DNA of 60,297 nucleotides from an uncultured Candidatus Saccharibacteria bacterium (GCA_964592365.1 CAZQDL010000004.1:1-60297); one strand, 5' to 3'. Counted from the first letter of the stretch, positions 9,476 through 17,484 are shown. Notes: generated from the sequence alone by a model not told the origin. Numbers and translations are program-made.

Positions 9476-9530
9476 TGGTATATTGCAGAGTATTGTGGGA
9501 TAAGGTACTATAAAAGTGGGATGAAGTGGT
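9476..9530 (+). promoter_or_regulatory. Pmra-like promoter (TGGTATATT) followed by three GTGG(G/T) direct repeats, candidate MraZ operator
   Basis: Extended -10 at 9476-9484. GTGGG at 9495-9499 and 9516-9520, GTGGT at 9526-9530. Repeat starts are 21 and 10 nt apart, so they lie on the same helical face. Confidence 0.55.
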
Positions 9531-9723
9531 AGATATCAGTGAAGCATATCATGTAACAATCTCTTGTTTCACTGCTATCTATCATTTCAAACCATAAGGA
9601 TTCATTATTAACAGATGGCTCTATGGTGTAGAGAACTGGTTGTTAGTAATGAAGTCAAATTCGCGAGATCACTTGTTGATCAGAGATACGATCCAATCTA
9701 TTGGAAACGACTCAAATATTTTT

Positions 9724-10158
9724 ATGCTTATCGGTGAACACACACATACTCTCGATACGAAAAAAAGGCTTTCATTACCTTCAAAATTTCGTAAAGAGTT
9801 AGGAAAGAAGGTAATTCTTACCCGAGGTTTAGATACCTGTGTTTTTGTGTATTCATTAAAAGAATGGAAAAACTTTTCTGAAAAATTAGGAGAATTATCG
9901 ATGGGACAAGCAGACACGAGAGCTTTCAATCGTTTTATCCTAGGAGGTGCTGTTGAGGTTGATATCGATAATGCGGGAAGAATATTAGTTCCTGATTTTC
10001 TTAAAGACTTCGCTTCACTATCTTCAAAAGTTATTGTTGCTGGAATTGGTAATCGTTGTGAACTTTGGGATGAAACGGTATGGACTGATTATCAATCTCA
10101 AGTTGAAAAGAAAGCAGATGCTTTAGCTGAAAAACTTGGTGACATTGGAATGATTTAG
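9724..10158 (+). CDS. mraZ: transcriptional regulator MraZ
   Basis: MLIGEHTHTLDTKKRLSLPSKFR and a second SpoVT/AbrB-like repeat DNAGRILVPDFL. Start placed at the ATG giving the canonical MraZ N-terminus; the track ORF starts 84 nt earlier. Confidence 0.9.
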   Translation: MLIGEHTHTLDTKKRLSLPSKFRKELGKKVILTRGLDTCVFVYSLKEWKNFSEKLGELSMGQADTRAFNRFILGGAVEVDIDNAGRILVPDFLKDFASLSSKVIVAGIGNRCELWDETVWTDYQSQVEKKADALAEKLGDIGMI

Positions 10159-10160
10159 TT

Positions 10161-11057
10161 ATGTCAGTTCATCTTTCAGTTCTTACCTCTGAAGTTTTAG
10201 AAGGACTTGATCTTTCACCTTCAGATATCGTAGTTGATGCAACCGTTAATGGTGGAGGACATGCCTCACACATCATTGAAAAACTTTCAGACTCAGGAGT
10301 ATTTATCGGATTTGATTTAGATCAATCCGCATTAGATATTTCAAATGAACGTTTGAAACATGCAAAGTGCCAGGTGAGTTTAGTGAATAGAAGTTTTCAT
10401 GAAATTGCTGAGGTTCTTAATGAAATGGAACTACGTTCCATTGATAAGATTCTATTTGATCTTGGATGGTCAAGTAATCAATTTGAAAAAGCAGAACGAG
10501 GATTTTCATTTAATGAAGATGGTCCACTTTTAATGACTTTATCTGATGATCCAAGCAAAGCTACATTCACTGCATATGACATTGTAAATGAATGGGAAGA
10601 GGAGCATATCATCGATATTCTTGTTGGGTATGGTGAAGAAAAGTATGCAAGGAGAATTGCTCAGAAGATTGTAGAAGCAAGAGAAGTTGAAGCTATTGTA
10701 AGTACAAAACAATTAGCACATATCATAAGCGAAGCTGTTCCTGCTTCATATCGAAATGGAAGAATTCACCCAGCGACTAAAAGTTTTCAGGCGCTTCGAA
10801 TTACCGTTAATAACGAGATGGAAGTATTGAAAATTGGTCTTGCTGAATCTTTCAAGAAATTAAACAAAGGTGGAAGAATGGCAGTTATTTCATTTCACAG
10901 TATCGAGGATCGAATTGTAAAACTGTATTTTAGAGACTTAAAGAATAAGGGAGAAGCAATCTTGGTAACAAAAAAACCAATCATTGCAGGTCAAGATGAA
11001 TTATTAGCAAATAGGCGTTCACGTAGTGCCAAATTAAGAATTATTGAAAAAATATGA
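10161..11057 (+). CDS. rsmH: 16S rRNA (cytosine1402-N4)-methyltransferase
   Basis: HLSVL..E.L......VDATVNGGGHA and DLGWSS motifs. Position right after mraZ. Confidence 0.93.
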   Translation: MSVHLSVLTSEVLEGLDLSPSDIVVDATVNGGGHASHIIEKLSDSGVFIGFDLDQSALDISNERLKHAKCQVSLVNRSFHEIAEVLNEMELRSIDKILFDLGWSSNQFEKAERGFSFNEDGPLLMTLSDDPSKATFTAYDIVNEWEEEHIIDILVGYGEEKYARRIAQKIVEAREVEAIVSTKQLAHIISEAVPASYRNGRIHPATKSFQALRITVNNEMEVLKIGLAESFKKLNKGGRMAVISFHSIEDRIVKLYFRDLKNKGEAILVTKKPIIAGQDELLANRRSRSAKLRIIEKI

Positions 11058-11353
11058 AAACCTACATCTACAATCCAAGGAAAATAGTGCGCTCACTTAC
11101 TATTGGTATTGCCATACTTTTTGTTCTCTATTTTTTTGCAATTGCAAGCACTACGGTAAATGTTTCAGATGCAAAGATTAAAAATCAAAATGTTCAGGAG
11201 CTACGAACAGAACTAGCGTCACTTGAAAGTACCTACTACACCATGGTAAATGAACTTTCACTGAACCATGCAATTGAAGAAGGATTCATCGAATCAAATG
11301 AAATAAGTTTTGCACATGTGAACCAAACAACTCTTGTTGCCTACAGAAACTAA
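11054..11353 (+). CDS. small single-pass membrane protein, FtsL-like by position
   Basis: 99 aa with one N-terminal TM and a short coiled-coil-like segment. Its start overlaps the rsmH stop (ATGA). It occupies the ftsL slot between rsmH and ftsI. Confidence 0.55.
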   Translation: MKTYIYNPRKIVRSLTIGIAILFVLYFFAIASTTVNVSDAKIKNQNVQELRTELASLESTYYTMVNELSLNHAIEEGFIESNEISFAHVNQTTLVAYRN

Positions 11354-11375
11354 CCAATCTTGGTTAGTTTTTTTT
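11351..11375 (+). terminator. weak hairpin plus T8 run between the ftsL-like gene and ftsI
   Basis: TAACCAATCTTGGTTA followed by GTTTTTTTT. It is immediately followed by TGGTATACT (11375-11383), 9 nt upstream of the ftsI ATG. Confidence 0.45.
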
Positions 11376-11392
11376 GGTATACTGTAGCTACG

Positions 11393-13108
11393 ATGAATAT
11401 ACATGACAAAATCTTTTTAGTTCGTATGCGATGGGTATTTTACTTAGCAATGCCTTTAGTTTCCCTTATCCTTATCGCTAATCTTTTTTCTATTCAAGTG
11501 GTACATGGAAGTGCCTTCAGAGAAGAAGCGGATAACCAATATGTTTCTGCTAGTTATAACTCTTTTGAACGTGGGGATATATACTTTCAAGACAAAGAAG
11601 GTGGTTTAACCACAGCTGCAGGGCAGAAGAGAGGGTATAAGTTAACCATAGATCCTTCAAAAACAACTGACCCTGAATTTCTCTATACTGAAATTACTAG
11701 TGTCGTTGACATTGAACAAACGAGAGATGAATTTATCGCCCTTGCAAGTAGTTCACGAACCTATGCTGAAATAGTAGGGAAACTAAGTTCAGAAGAATCA
11801 CAGCTACTTAAAAAGAAACTAGGAAAGAAAGTTCAGTTATGGAGTGATAAGTGGCGTGTATATCCTTTGAATACGGTTGCTTCTCATGTGATTGGACTTT
11901 TGGCATACAAGGGGGATGAATATGGAGGACGGTATGGTCTTGAAAGAGAATATGAGTCGGTTCTAGTACGAAATAACAAGGATCTATATACTAATTTCTT
12001 TGCACGTATTTTCCATGGTGTGCAAGATATTGTAACGACTGGAAGTGTACTTGAAGGTGATATTGTAACCACCATTGAACCACAGGTACAAATTTATCTT
12101 GAAAGCATGCTTTCTGATATTCGTGAAAAATGGTCATCAGAACTTGTTGGTGGAATTATCATAGATCCAAAAACTGGTGATATTTATGCATTAGGTGCAA
12201 CCCCTAGTTTTGATCCAAATGATTTTTCAAATTCTTCAACTAGCTTTTTCAGGAATCCATTAGTTGAGAACGTATATGAAATGGGTTCTGTTATTAAACC
12301 ATTGGTAATTGCACAAGTATGGAATGAAGGAGATATCAATGAAAGTACTAGATATAATGATACAGGTTCAGTGGTTGTTGGCCCTCATACTATTTATAAC
12401 TTTGACAAAAAGGGAAGGGGTCAAGTTGATATTCAAGAGATACTTTCACAATCCTTAAATACCGGAATGGTACATATATATAAACAAGGAACACGTGATG
12501 ATTTCAGATCATATTTCCAGAAGTATGGACTTACCGAAGCAAGTGGAATTGATTTGCCAAATGATGTAACTGGAATAACAAGTAACCTAAAGAGTAATCG
12601 TGATATTGAATTTGCAAACATGTCTTTTGGACAGGGAATTGCTATGTCACCTATGACATTAACTAAGGCATTAACAGCACTTGCAAATAATGGGAAAACA
12701 GTAACCCCTAAAGTGGTAGATCATATTAAATATCCAAGTGGGCTTTCAAAGAAAATTGATGTCAAAGAGGGAAATCAAGTGTTAACAGAGCAAACAACAG
12801 AAGATATTTCACGAATGCTGGTAAATGCTTTTGATAGCTATAACAATGGGAAGGCAGGTATTCCAAACTATGCTATTGCTGCAAAAACAGGTACTGCCCA
12901 GATTCCAGCACCAAATGGTGGGTACTATACTGATAGGAATTTGCATTCATTTTTTGGATATTTTCCTGCATATGAACCAAGATTTTTAGTGTTCCTGTAT
13001 ACAGTACATCCTAAAAATGTAAGGTATGCATCTCAAACACTTCTTGAACCATTTAGAGATATCTCACAATACCTCATTAACTACTACAATATTCCACCTG
13101 ATAGATAG
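11393..13108 (+). CDS. ftsI: penicillin-binding protein 2/3 (peptidoglycan D,D-transpeptidase, FtsI-like)
   Basis: N-terminal TM and dimerisation domain. Transpeptidase motifs: SVIKP (SxxK), SQSLN (SxN-like), KTGTA. Start placed at ATG 11393; the track used an upstream TTG. Confidence 0.88.
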   Translation: MNIHDKIFLVRMRWVFYLAMPLVSLILIANLFSIQVVHGSAFREEADNQYVSASYNSFERGDIYFQDKEGGLTTAAGQKRGYKLTIDPSKTTDPEFLYTEITSVVDIEQTRDEFIALASSSRTYAEIVGKLSSEESQLLKKKLGKKVQLWSDKWRVYPLNTVASHVIGLLAYKGDEYGGRYGLEREYESVLVRNNKDLYTNFFARIFHGVQDIVTTGSVLEGDIVTTIEPQVQIYLESMLSDIREKWSSELVGGIIIDPKTGDIYALGATPSFDPNDFSNSSTSFFRNPLVENVYEMGSVIKPLVIAQVWNEGDINESTRYNDTGSVVVGPHTIYNFDKKGRGQVDIQEILSQSLNTGMVHIYKQGTRDDFRSYFQKYGLTEASGIDLPNDVTGITSNLKSNRDIEFANMSFGQGIAMSPMTLTKALTALANNGKTVTPKVVDHIKYPSGLSKKIDVKEGNQVLTEQTTEDISRMLVNAFDSYNNGKAGIPNYAIAAKTGTAQIPAPNGGYYTDRNLHSFFGYFPAYEPRFLVFLYTVHPKNVRYASQTLLEPFRDISQYLINYYNIPPDR

Positions 13109-13124
13109 TGGTATACTTATTCAT

Positions 13125-13595
13125 ATGAACACCTGTATTTTTTGCAAGATTGTAGATAAAACCATTTCAAGCCCAGGAATTTTTTGGGAAAATGAAACAC
13201 ATCTTGCGATGCTTTCAATTAATCCAAATACTTTAGGATTCACTGTGGTACTACCAAAGCAACATCTTTCAAGCGATGTAATGGAACTCGAACATAATGA
13301 TCTTAGTGAATTAATGATTGCTTCAAAAGAAGTTTCAAAAATACTTAAAAACTATTTTCCTGATGTAGGAAGAGTAGGGGTTATTACAGAAGGATTGGGG
13401 GTAGACCATGCTCATGTAAAACTTTTCCCTATGCACGGTACTTCAGAACTTAAAAAACAATGGAGATCATATGATACCGATAAAACCTTTTGGTTTGATA
13501 CCTTCGAGGGTTGGATGTCTTCAGGACCAGGACCAGATGCTAATTTAGATGAACTTTCACAACTTGCTTCTGATATTAAAAAAACAATACGATAG
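13125..13595 (+). CDS. HIT-family protein with atypical triad (HAHVK)
   Basis: N-terminal CIFCKIV is typical of HIT proteins. Triad region is GVDHAHVKLFP. TGGTATACT at 13109-13117 lies 7 nt upstream of the ATG. Confidence 0.7.
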   Translation: MNTCIFCKIVDKTISSPGIFWENETHLAMLSINPNTLGFTVVLPKQHLSSDVMELEHNDLSELMIASKEVSKILKNYFPDVGRVGVITEGLGVDHAHVKLFPMHGTSELKKQWRSYDTDKTFWFDTFEGWMSSGPGPDANLDELSQLASDIKKTIR

Positions 13596-13607
13596 TATTG
13601 TTTTTTT
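13579..13607 (+). terminator. intrinsic terminator of the HIT gene
   Basis: AAAAAACAATAC-GATA-GTATTGTTTTTT(T). The loop contains the stop codon. Confidence 0.7.
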
Positions 13608-13611
13608 AATT

Positions 13612-13658
13612 AGTAACTATTTCTTTTTGCAAACTGTTTGCAAAAAGAAATAGTTACT
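13612..13658. promoter_or_regulatory. 47-bp perfect palindrome (23-1-23), candidate operator of the Fur-family operon
   Basis: AGTAACTATTTCTTTTTGCAAAC-T-GTTTGCAAAAAGAAATAGTTACT. It ends 1 nt before the -10 TATATT (13660-13665), which lies 7 nt upstream of ATG 13673. Confidence 0.55.
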
Positions 13659-13672
13659 GTATATTGTTACTT

Positions 13673-14017
13673 ATGAGAGGAAATGAGTATAAGAAAATAA
13701 TAACTGAAGTACTGAGAAATAATCACCTTTTGAATTTGTCAGAAATCCATGCAAAAGTTCCTGAAGCACATTTTGCATCTATTTATAGAAATGTTGAAGC
13801 TATGTGCGATGAGGGGATATTGAAGAAGGTTGTCATGGGAAAAAACAACGTTAGATATGAACTTTCTTCACATGGACACGGACATTTTATCTGTAATGAC
13901 TGTGATGTAGTTCAAGAGTTGGATGTACCTATTTTTACTGATAATCGTCGGATAATGATTTCAGATATGCTTGTCCGTGGCTTATGTGGAGATTGTTCTG
14001 ATACAAAACTTGTATGA
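13673..14017 (+). CDS. Fur-family metalloregulator (Fur/Zur/PerR type)
   Basis: Winged-helix N-terminus (HLLNLSEIHAKV..ASIYRNVEAM), then HGHGHFICNDCDVV and a C-terminal CGDC. This is a typical Fur-family metal-site arrangement. Confidence 0.8.
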   Translation: MRGNEYKKIITEVLRNNHLLNLSEIHAKVPEAHFASIYRNVEAMCDEGILKKVVMGKNNVRYELSSHGHGHFICNDCDVVQELDVPIFTDNRRIMISDMLVRGLCGDCSDTKLV

Positions 14018-14862
14018 TTTTAGGTTTCTTAGGAAAAGGTGGAAGTGGTAAATCATCAGTTGCAACCCAGATTGCATTGTATTTGCATTCTGAAAAAGAA
14101 ATGAAGGTACTTGCCATTGATGCTGATCACAATATGGACCTTAGCTATAATTTATTTAATGGAGAAATCCCAAGCGATGTTAAATATTTTGGGTCTAGCT
14201 TGAAAGAAATTACAAGGTATCTTGGGCTTTCTGATGATGAAAAATATGACAGGGTATTCCAAGCAGAAATACCTAAACGTTTTTCACTATCGTTAATGGA
14301 TGACATAACTAAAGGCTTTTGTTTTAACCGGGATGATGGGATGAAAGTCATGATTGCTGGACCTCAGACTGATACCGTATTGTATGGGCAATCATGTAGT
14401 CATAGCCTCACAACCCCACTTAAGATATATCTGCCCTTGCTTGAGTTAGGCGAAAATGAGTATGTGGTAGTTGATGAAAAGGCGGGTGCTGATGGGGTAA
14501 GTACTGGAATTGTTACCGGAATTGATGTTGGAATTATTGTGTGTGAACCTGCACTTCATAGTATAAAGACAGCAAAACAAATTGCTAAGTTGATGGATTT
14601 CTATCAAACACCTTATGTTTTTGTAGGAAACAAAATTCAGTCACAAGAGGATATTGATTTTATAATCGACACCTTAGGTGAAGAGCCAATCGCTTGTTTA
14701 CCTGATTTTCCAGGGGTAAAAAGAAATCCAGGAAGTATCATTCCTCAATGGTCTTCTGAAGTAATGAAGGTGCTTGCAAAGGCACAGGAGGTAAATAACA
14801 ACAATCGTCTTAACCGTACTATGGAAAAGTTTAGGCGAAATAGGGAATTTGAAAATAAATAG
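14014..14862 (+). CDS. SIMIBI-class P-loop ATPase (CooC/MinD/ParA-like)
   Basis: Deviant Walker A FLGKGGSGKSS and Walker B-like VVVDEKAG. The start overlaps the Fur-family stop (ATGA). Confidence 0.75.
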   Translation: MILGFLGKGGSGKSSVATQIALYLHSEKEMKVLAIDADHNMDLSYNLFNGEIPSDVKYFGSSLKEITRYLGLSDDEKYDRVFQAEIPKRFSLSLMDDITKGFCFNRDDGMKVMIAGPQTDTVLYGQSCSHSLTTPLKIYLPLLELGENEYVVVDEKAGADGVSTGIVTGIDVGIIVCEPALHSIKTAKQIAKLMDFYQTPYVFVGNKIQSQEDIDFIIDTLGEEPIACLPDFPGVKRNPGSIIPQWSSEVMKVLAKAQEVNNNNRLNRTMEKFRRNREFENK

Positions 14863-14867
14863 CAATG

Positions 14868-14927
14868 TCCCTGGCTGTAGATTTTAGTAGTTCTTCGGTC
14901 GTTCTCACTAAAATCTACAGGCAGGGA
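14868..14927. repeat. long imperfect inverted repeat (21-bp arms, one mismatch)
   Basis: TCCCTGGCTGTAGATTTTAGT (14868-14888) pairs with ACTAAAATCTACAGGCAGGGA (14907-14927). The 18-nt loop contains CTTCGG. No T run follows. Confidence 0.6.
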
Positions 14928-14960
14928 TATTCCTGTCAGTTCTTTAAAAATATAATATAT

Positions 14961-15734
14961 ATGTGTAAAAATTGTGAGTTATCAGGAATAACCATGGAAC
15001 TTCACTATCTTGAAGTTCCTAGTATTGAGGTAATGGTAAATGACTTATCAACCATTGCTAGTTGGAAAAAATTATTTAATACCGGATGGGAACATCCTGA
15101 TTTAATTCAAAGAGCTTGGTCATACAAGGCTTGGCTCTTTAGAACCAAAAATGAGCTTTGGATAAATAATGGAAGAGCCTTTTTATCAGCTCTTGCAAAG
15201 GGGTTCATGACTCCATTTTCTTCAAAACGTTTTTACATTGATGAAGAAGATGATTTTTATGAACTTAAGGTAAATGCACTTACTGCATTGCAGGAATGTT
15301 CAGATTATTTTGGTGATAGGGTACCTAATCTTGTATGGAATTCATTTGCACACCTTGCGGTGCGTGAAGATCCAGAAGCAAGTCGAAGTATCTTAAAAGA
15401 AGCTGATTCACTACCACATCATTATGGTATCGTTGATAGTGTATTACACGCTATTCCCAAATGCTATAAAATGATGATGTACATTCAATCAGTATTTTCT
15501 AAACATACAGGAAGGATACTTGATCATAACTGTGATTGTTCATGTTCATTAATCAATCTTACAGAATCTGGAACTATTGAATTTACGCCAAGAGAGGGAA
15601 GTCTTGTTGAAATGACACAGAGTTCCTTTGCTCATTTATTGGCAGAAAGTCATCTTTTGATTAATCACAAATTACCATTTGAATTCACGGTAACACAGGA
15701 AGCAAAACTTATTCCTGGTATTACGGTGAGATAA
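14961..15734 (+). CDS. hypothetical protein with Cys cluster (HNCDCSCS)
   Basis: Long ORF with no recognisable family. Start uncertain (ATG 14961 or 14994); the track start at 14865 would translate through the inverted repeat. Confidence 0.5.
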   Translation: MCKNCELSGITMELHYLEVPSIEVMVNDLSTIASWKKLFNTGWEHPDLIQRAWSYKAWLFRTKNELWINNGRAFLSALAKGFMTPFSSKRFYIDEEDDFYELKVNALTALQECSDYFGDRVPNLVWNSFAHLAVREDPEASRSILKEADSLPHHYGIVDSVLHAIPKCYKMMMYIQSVFSKHTGRILDHNCDCSCSLINLTESGTIEFTPREGSLVEMTQSSFAHLLAESHLLINHKLPFEFTVTQEAKLIPGITVR

Positions 15735-15746
15735 CTGGATATATAA

Positions 15747-15774
15747 ATACCACAACATATGTTGTGGTATTTTT
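15747..15774 (+). terminator. intrinsic terminator
   Basis: ATACCACAAC-ATAT-GTTGTGGTAT followed by TTTT. Confidence 0.7.
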
Positions 15775-15840
15775 AATAGATATTTTAATCAAATTCTCGT
15801 AGCAGTATTTACCTATCATATTCTCTACTTAAGCGTATGC

Positions 15841-16509
15841 TTGGTTAATGATTCAAACTTATCGAAACGAGAATATCTTGCATACAGGAATAACGGATCG
15901 AACAATATAATCGTGAATAATATTATAAAATTAATATTTTTTTTAATGCTCGGTAGTATTTGTATATTTATCATATTTTCATCTAATATTTTTTCAAATG
16001 AACAACCCGTTGATCCTGTAGAAATTTTTGTAGAGCCAGTTATTCGAGAAGAACTGTATGTACAAGACATTGTTATCCCAGTAGAACTTCATATCGATAG
16101 TATTGAAATAAGGGCACAAATTGAACTCGTTGGTGTTTCAGATAAAGAAATGGGTGTTCCACTGATTCCAGAAAATGTTGGTTGGTATAAGTTTGGAGCT
16201 CATCCAGGGGATGTAGGTAGCGCTGTGTTAGCAGGTCATGTTAATTGGGAAAATAATCCCCATGCTGTGTTTACAAACTTAAGGGATGTAGCTATTGGAG
16301 ATACCATAGAAGTTAAAAACAGTGATGAAGAAACTATCTCTTTTTTGGTACACAATATTAAGCGATATCCTTTAGATGCAGACACGGAGGAAGTGTTTTC
16401 ATCGGATGATGGGTTAGCACATTTAAATCTCATTACATGTGGTGGTTCTTGGAATCCAATAATAGAATCACATGAATTGAGATTGGTGGTGTTTTCAACA
16501 AAAATATAA
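15841..16509 (+). CDS. sortase-family transpeptidase (class E/F-like)
   Basis: N-terminal TM, catalytic His context VLAGHVN, catalytic Cys motif LNLITCGG, downstream Arg (HELRLVV). The start codon is uncertain because the track start is TTG. Confidence 0.8.
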   Translation: MVNDSNLSKREYLAYRNNGSNNIIVNNIIKLIFFLMLGSICIFIIFSSNIFSNEQPVDPVEIFVEPVIREELYVQDIVIPVELHIDSIEIRAQIELVGVSDKEMGVPLIPENVGWYKFGAHPGDVGSAVLAGHVNWENNPHAVFTNLRDVAIGDTIEVKNSDEETISFLVHNIKRYPLDADTEEVFSSDDGLAHLNLITCGGSWNPIIESHELRLVVFSTKI

Positions 16510-16520
16510 TTTTTAATATT

Positions 16521-16550
16521 ATAAAAACCACTACGTTAGTGGTTTTTATA
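16521..16550. terminator. bidirectional intrinsic terminator between convergent genes
   Basis: AAAAACCACTA-CGT-TAGTGGTTTTT, with A/T runs on both sides. Confidence 0.75.
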
Positions 16551-16553
16551 ATA

Positions 16554-16805
16554 TTAATTAGTTGGTTCAAATCCTGTTGTAGGGAATGCTGGATCTTCAG
16601 GAATTGGATCAGAGGTCTCCTCATCTCCTTCTTCTGGTTCAGCATATTGATTGTCTTCAGGTACTTCAACTTCTATTTCTTCACCTACCGTATCTGAATT
16701 ATCAATTGTTGGATCTATTGTTTGGTTTTCAGGATCAAGAATAAGAAAGGCAACAACTGATGCTGCAATAAGTCCAAGGATAATGAGTGATGTTTTTGTA
16801 TTCAT
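16554..16805 (-). CDS. hypothetical membrane-anchored acidic Pro/Glu/Asp-rich protein
   Basis: MNTKTSLIILGLIAASVVAFLIL TM followed by a very acidic low-complexity tail. Start taken at internal ATG 16805. Confidence 0.5.
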   Translation of the reverse strand: MNTKTSLIILGLIAASVVAFLILDPENQTIDPTIDNSDTVGEEIEVEVPEDNQYAEPEEGDEETSDPIPEDPAFPTTGFEPTN

Positions 16806-16911
16806 GTATATATTATGATGTATTAGTAATATACCAAGTATATACCTAAGCATATATAAAGATAGACAAAAAAACTTTGATTTGAAAATTCTAGCCCTCT
16901 TGTGAGATTAG

Positions 16912-17484
16912 TTATTTGTTACTATTCAAATAATCTAAATCTCGCAGATCCCCTTCTGACATCTCACCCCCATATTCTTCTGGGGCCTTAATGATTTGTA
17001 CCAAGGTATTATTCTTAACTTTTTCATCCAACTCATCAGGAATATAAATGCTTGTTTGCGGCTGTACCCCTAATCCTTCCGGTGTATTGACCAAAATAAA
17101 TCGATAACCAATGTGTGTTGCTCCTAATTGCTCTGCTTTGTTTCCGTGAGCATTTTCATGGCTGAGAGCATAAATGATGGTCTCATGTTTAAACCCTAGT
17201 ATTTCCATTGCATGCCTAAACTCAAATAGATTTTCAGCTTCTACAGTGGCTTCGTTTATTTTATGTTGAAGTGAAACAAGGTACTTGATTTCATCAGTTG
17301 TTAAGTCTTGTTTATTTTCAATATCTCTAAGTTCAAACTTATTTTTCATACCTTGTTCATATTCTTCTTGAGATAAAGCATGTTCTTTTGCAAAAGTAAT
17401 TTTTTTTTGCAATTCAACTTTCATTCTAATAGCGCTATTGTTTTCATTTTTAAAGTAATTTTCCATATATTTATATTTTATCAT
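16912..17484 (-). CDS. hypothetical protein with HExxH motif (HENAH)
   Basis: 190-aa ORF. ALSHENAHGNKAEQLG contains a zincin-like HExxH. No other family signature recognised. Confidence 0.5.
   Translation of the reverse strand: MIKYKYMENYFKNENNSAIRMKVELQKKITFAKEHALSQEEYEQGMKNKFELRDIENKQDLTTDEIKYLVSLQHKINEATVEAENLFEFRHAMEILGFKHETIIYALSHENAHGNKAEQLGATHIGYRFILVNTPEGLGVQPQTSIYIPDELDEKVKNNTLVQIIKAPEEYGGEMSEGDLRDLDYLNSNK

Noticed and set aside
11046-11057. Alternative genetic code (UGA as Gly, code 25), as in some CPR lineages
   Set aside because: TGA terminates well-conserved genes at the expected protein ends (for example rsmH ..IIEKI-TGA overlapping the next ATG, and the Fur-family gene). Long conserved ORFs need no TGA read-through.
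13026-13124. Upstream extension of the HIT ORF overlapping the ftsI 3-prime end
   Set aside because: The extension overlaps ftsI in another frame. The ATG at 13125 gives the canonical MNTCIFCKI HIT N-terminus and is preceded by TGGTATACT.
16554-16590. AFPTTGFEPTN tail of the acidic membrane protein as a sortase sorting signal
   Set aside because: A pentapeptide resembling LPxTG is present, but there is no following hydrophobic segment or basic tail. It is kept only as a weak note inside the sortase finding.
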